Sequence record: OR896825.1
Reading direction: 5' to 3' (one strand)
Length of the DNA stretch: 64,000 nt
DNA from: Escherichia phage Delraymugoa
Of this stretch, positions 63,586-64,000 are shown in pieces. The notes under the pieces are model-generated. The model saw only the letters and a list, made by a program, of their open reading frames with translations, was not told the origin of the DNA and ran no database searches. The stretch's first letter is position 1, and each line of letters begins with the position of its first letter. Made by a program: the position numbers and the translations under genes.

Positions 63586-64000
63586 TTAAATGTCAAACAG
63601 GTCAGTCAGAGAAGCAACTTTCTCATATTGCAGCTTTGCAGCCGTGGTAATGTTCTCCAGTGGTTTGACGAAAGTCTTATTAAACAACAAAGGCCAGTCT
63701 AACCACTTTAACACCTCTGATTCAATTTCTGGAGGAATACGAGTACCGGACAACCAACCAAAACAGATTTCTCCAAACGGATTTCGATCTTTCAGCGGTA
63801 CAATCATAACCTTCTCGCCCTCACGAATTGGATCTAGTCCGAATTTTCGAGCATTACGATTATAACACAATACACTCTTAACCGCATACGGACAACCCTT
63901 AATCGGATACCCGTTTGAATCGCTGTATTTCTGTAGGTTGTTTGCAGATGATACCGCAGCAACCTCAAGATAATCAAGTTTTCTAAATTCTTGCTCAAAA
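63586..64000 (-). CDS. hypothetical protein, C-terminal part only (frame open to window end)
   Basis: minus-strand frame has no stop between 63586 and 64000; track start is TTG. Confidence 0.4.
   Translation of the reverse strand, partial: FEQEFRKLDYLEVAAVSSANNLQKYSDSNGYPIKGCPYAVKSVLCYNRNARKFGLDPIREGEKVMIVPLKDRNPFGEICFGWLSGTRIPPEIESEVLKWLDWPLLFNKTFVKPLENITTAAKLQYEKVASLTDLFDI

Noticed and set aside
1-64000. tRNA genes, rRNA, CRISPR arrays, integrase or attachment sites
   Set aside because: No cloverleaf-compatible ~75-nt non-coding segment and no repeat-spacer array were recognised by eye; intergenic space is short and occupied by promoters and terminators. A tRNA scan should still be run.

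Overview
This window reads as a contiguous segment of a T4-like (Tevenvirinae-type) myovirus genome, gene order largely collinear with T4: hyperplastic small-gene region, HNH, DNA ligase (30), 31, cd, pseT, spanins, rnlA, denA, nrdB, nrdA, td, frd, 32, 59, 33, dsbA, rnh on the minus strand; long tail fibre genes 34-35-36-37 and holin t on the plus strand; then a second minus-strand block (small genes, 52, rIIB, rIIA, 39, dexA, dda, 56, 61, 41, uvsX). All assignments are from reading motifs and comparing to T4 proteins from memory; no search was run. Nearly every minus-strand gene has a consensus sigma70-type early promoter (TTGACA-N16-18-TATAAT), often with a hairpin in the spacer, matching the promoter-early-stem-loop (PeSL) cassettes described for T4-type phages; many ORF-track N-termini are over-extended through these promoters and were trimmed. 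Insertions relative to T4 are the main leads: (1) a compact C5-cytosine methyltransferase-like gene between nrdB and nrdA, bracketed by 42-bp direct repeats; (2) a 542-aa protein of six tandem ~67-aa Cys/His repeats with a possible GIY-YIG/T5orf172-like C-terminus between frd and 32; (3) a CYTH-like protein between dsbA and rnh; (4) a NADAR/YbiA-like protein next to ligase. Also present: a six-member paralogous small-protein family, a thymidylate synthase with a ~120-aa internal insertion, and several unlisted sub-60-aa ORFs. No tRNA, CRISPR or intron was recognised.
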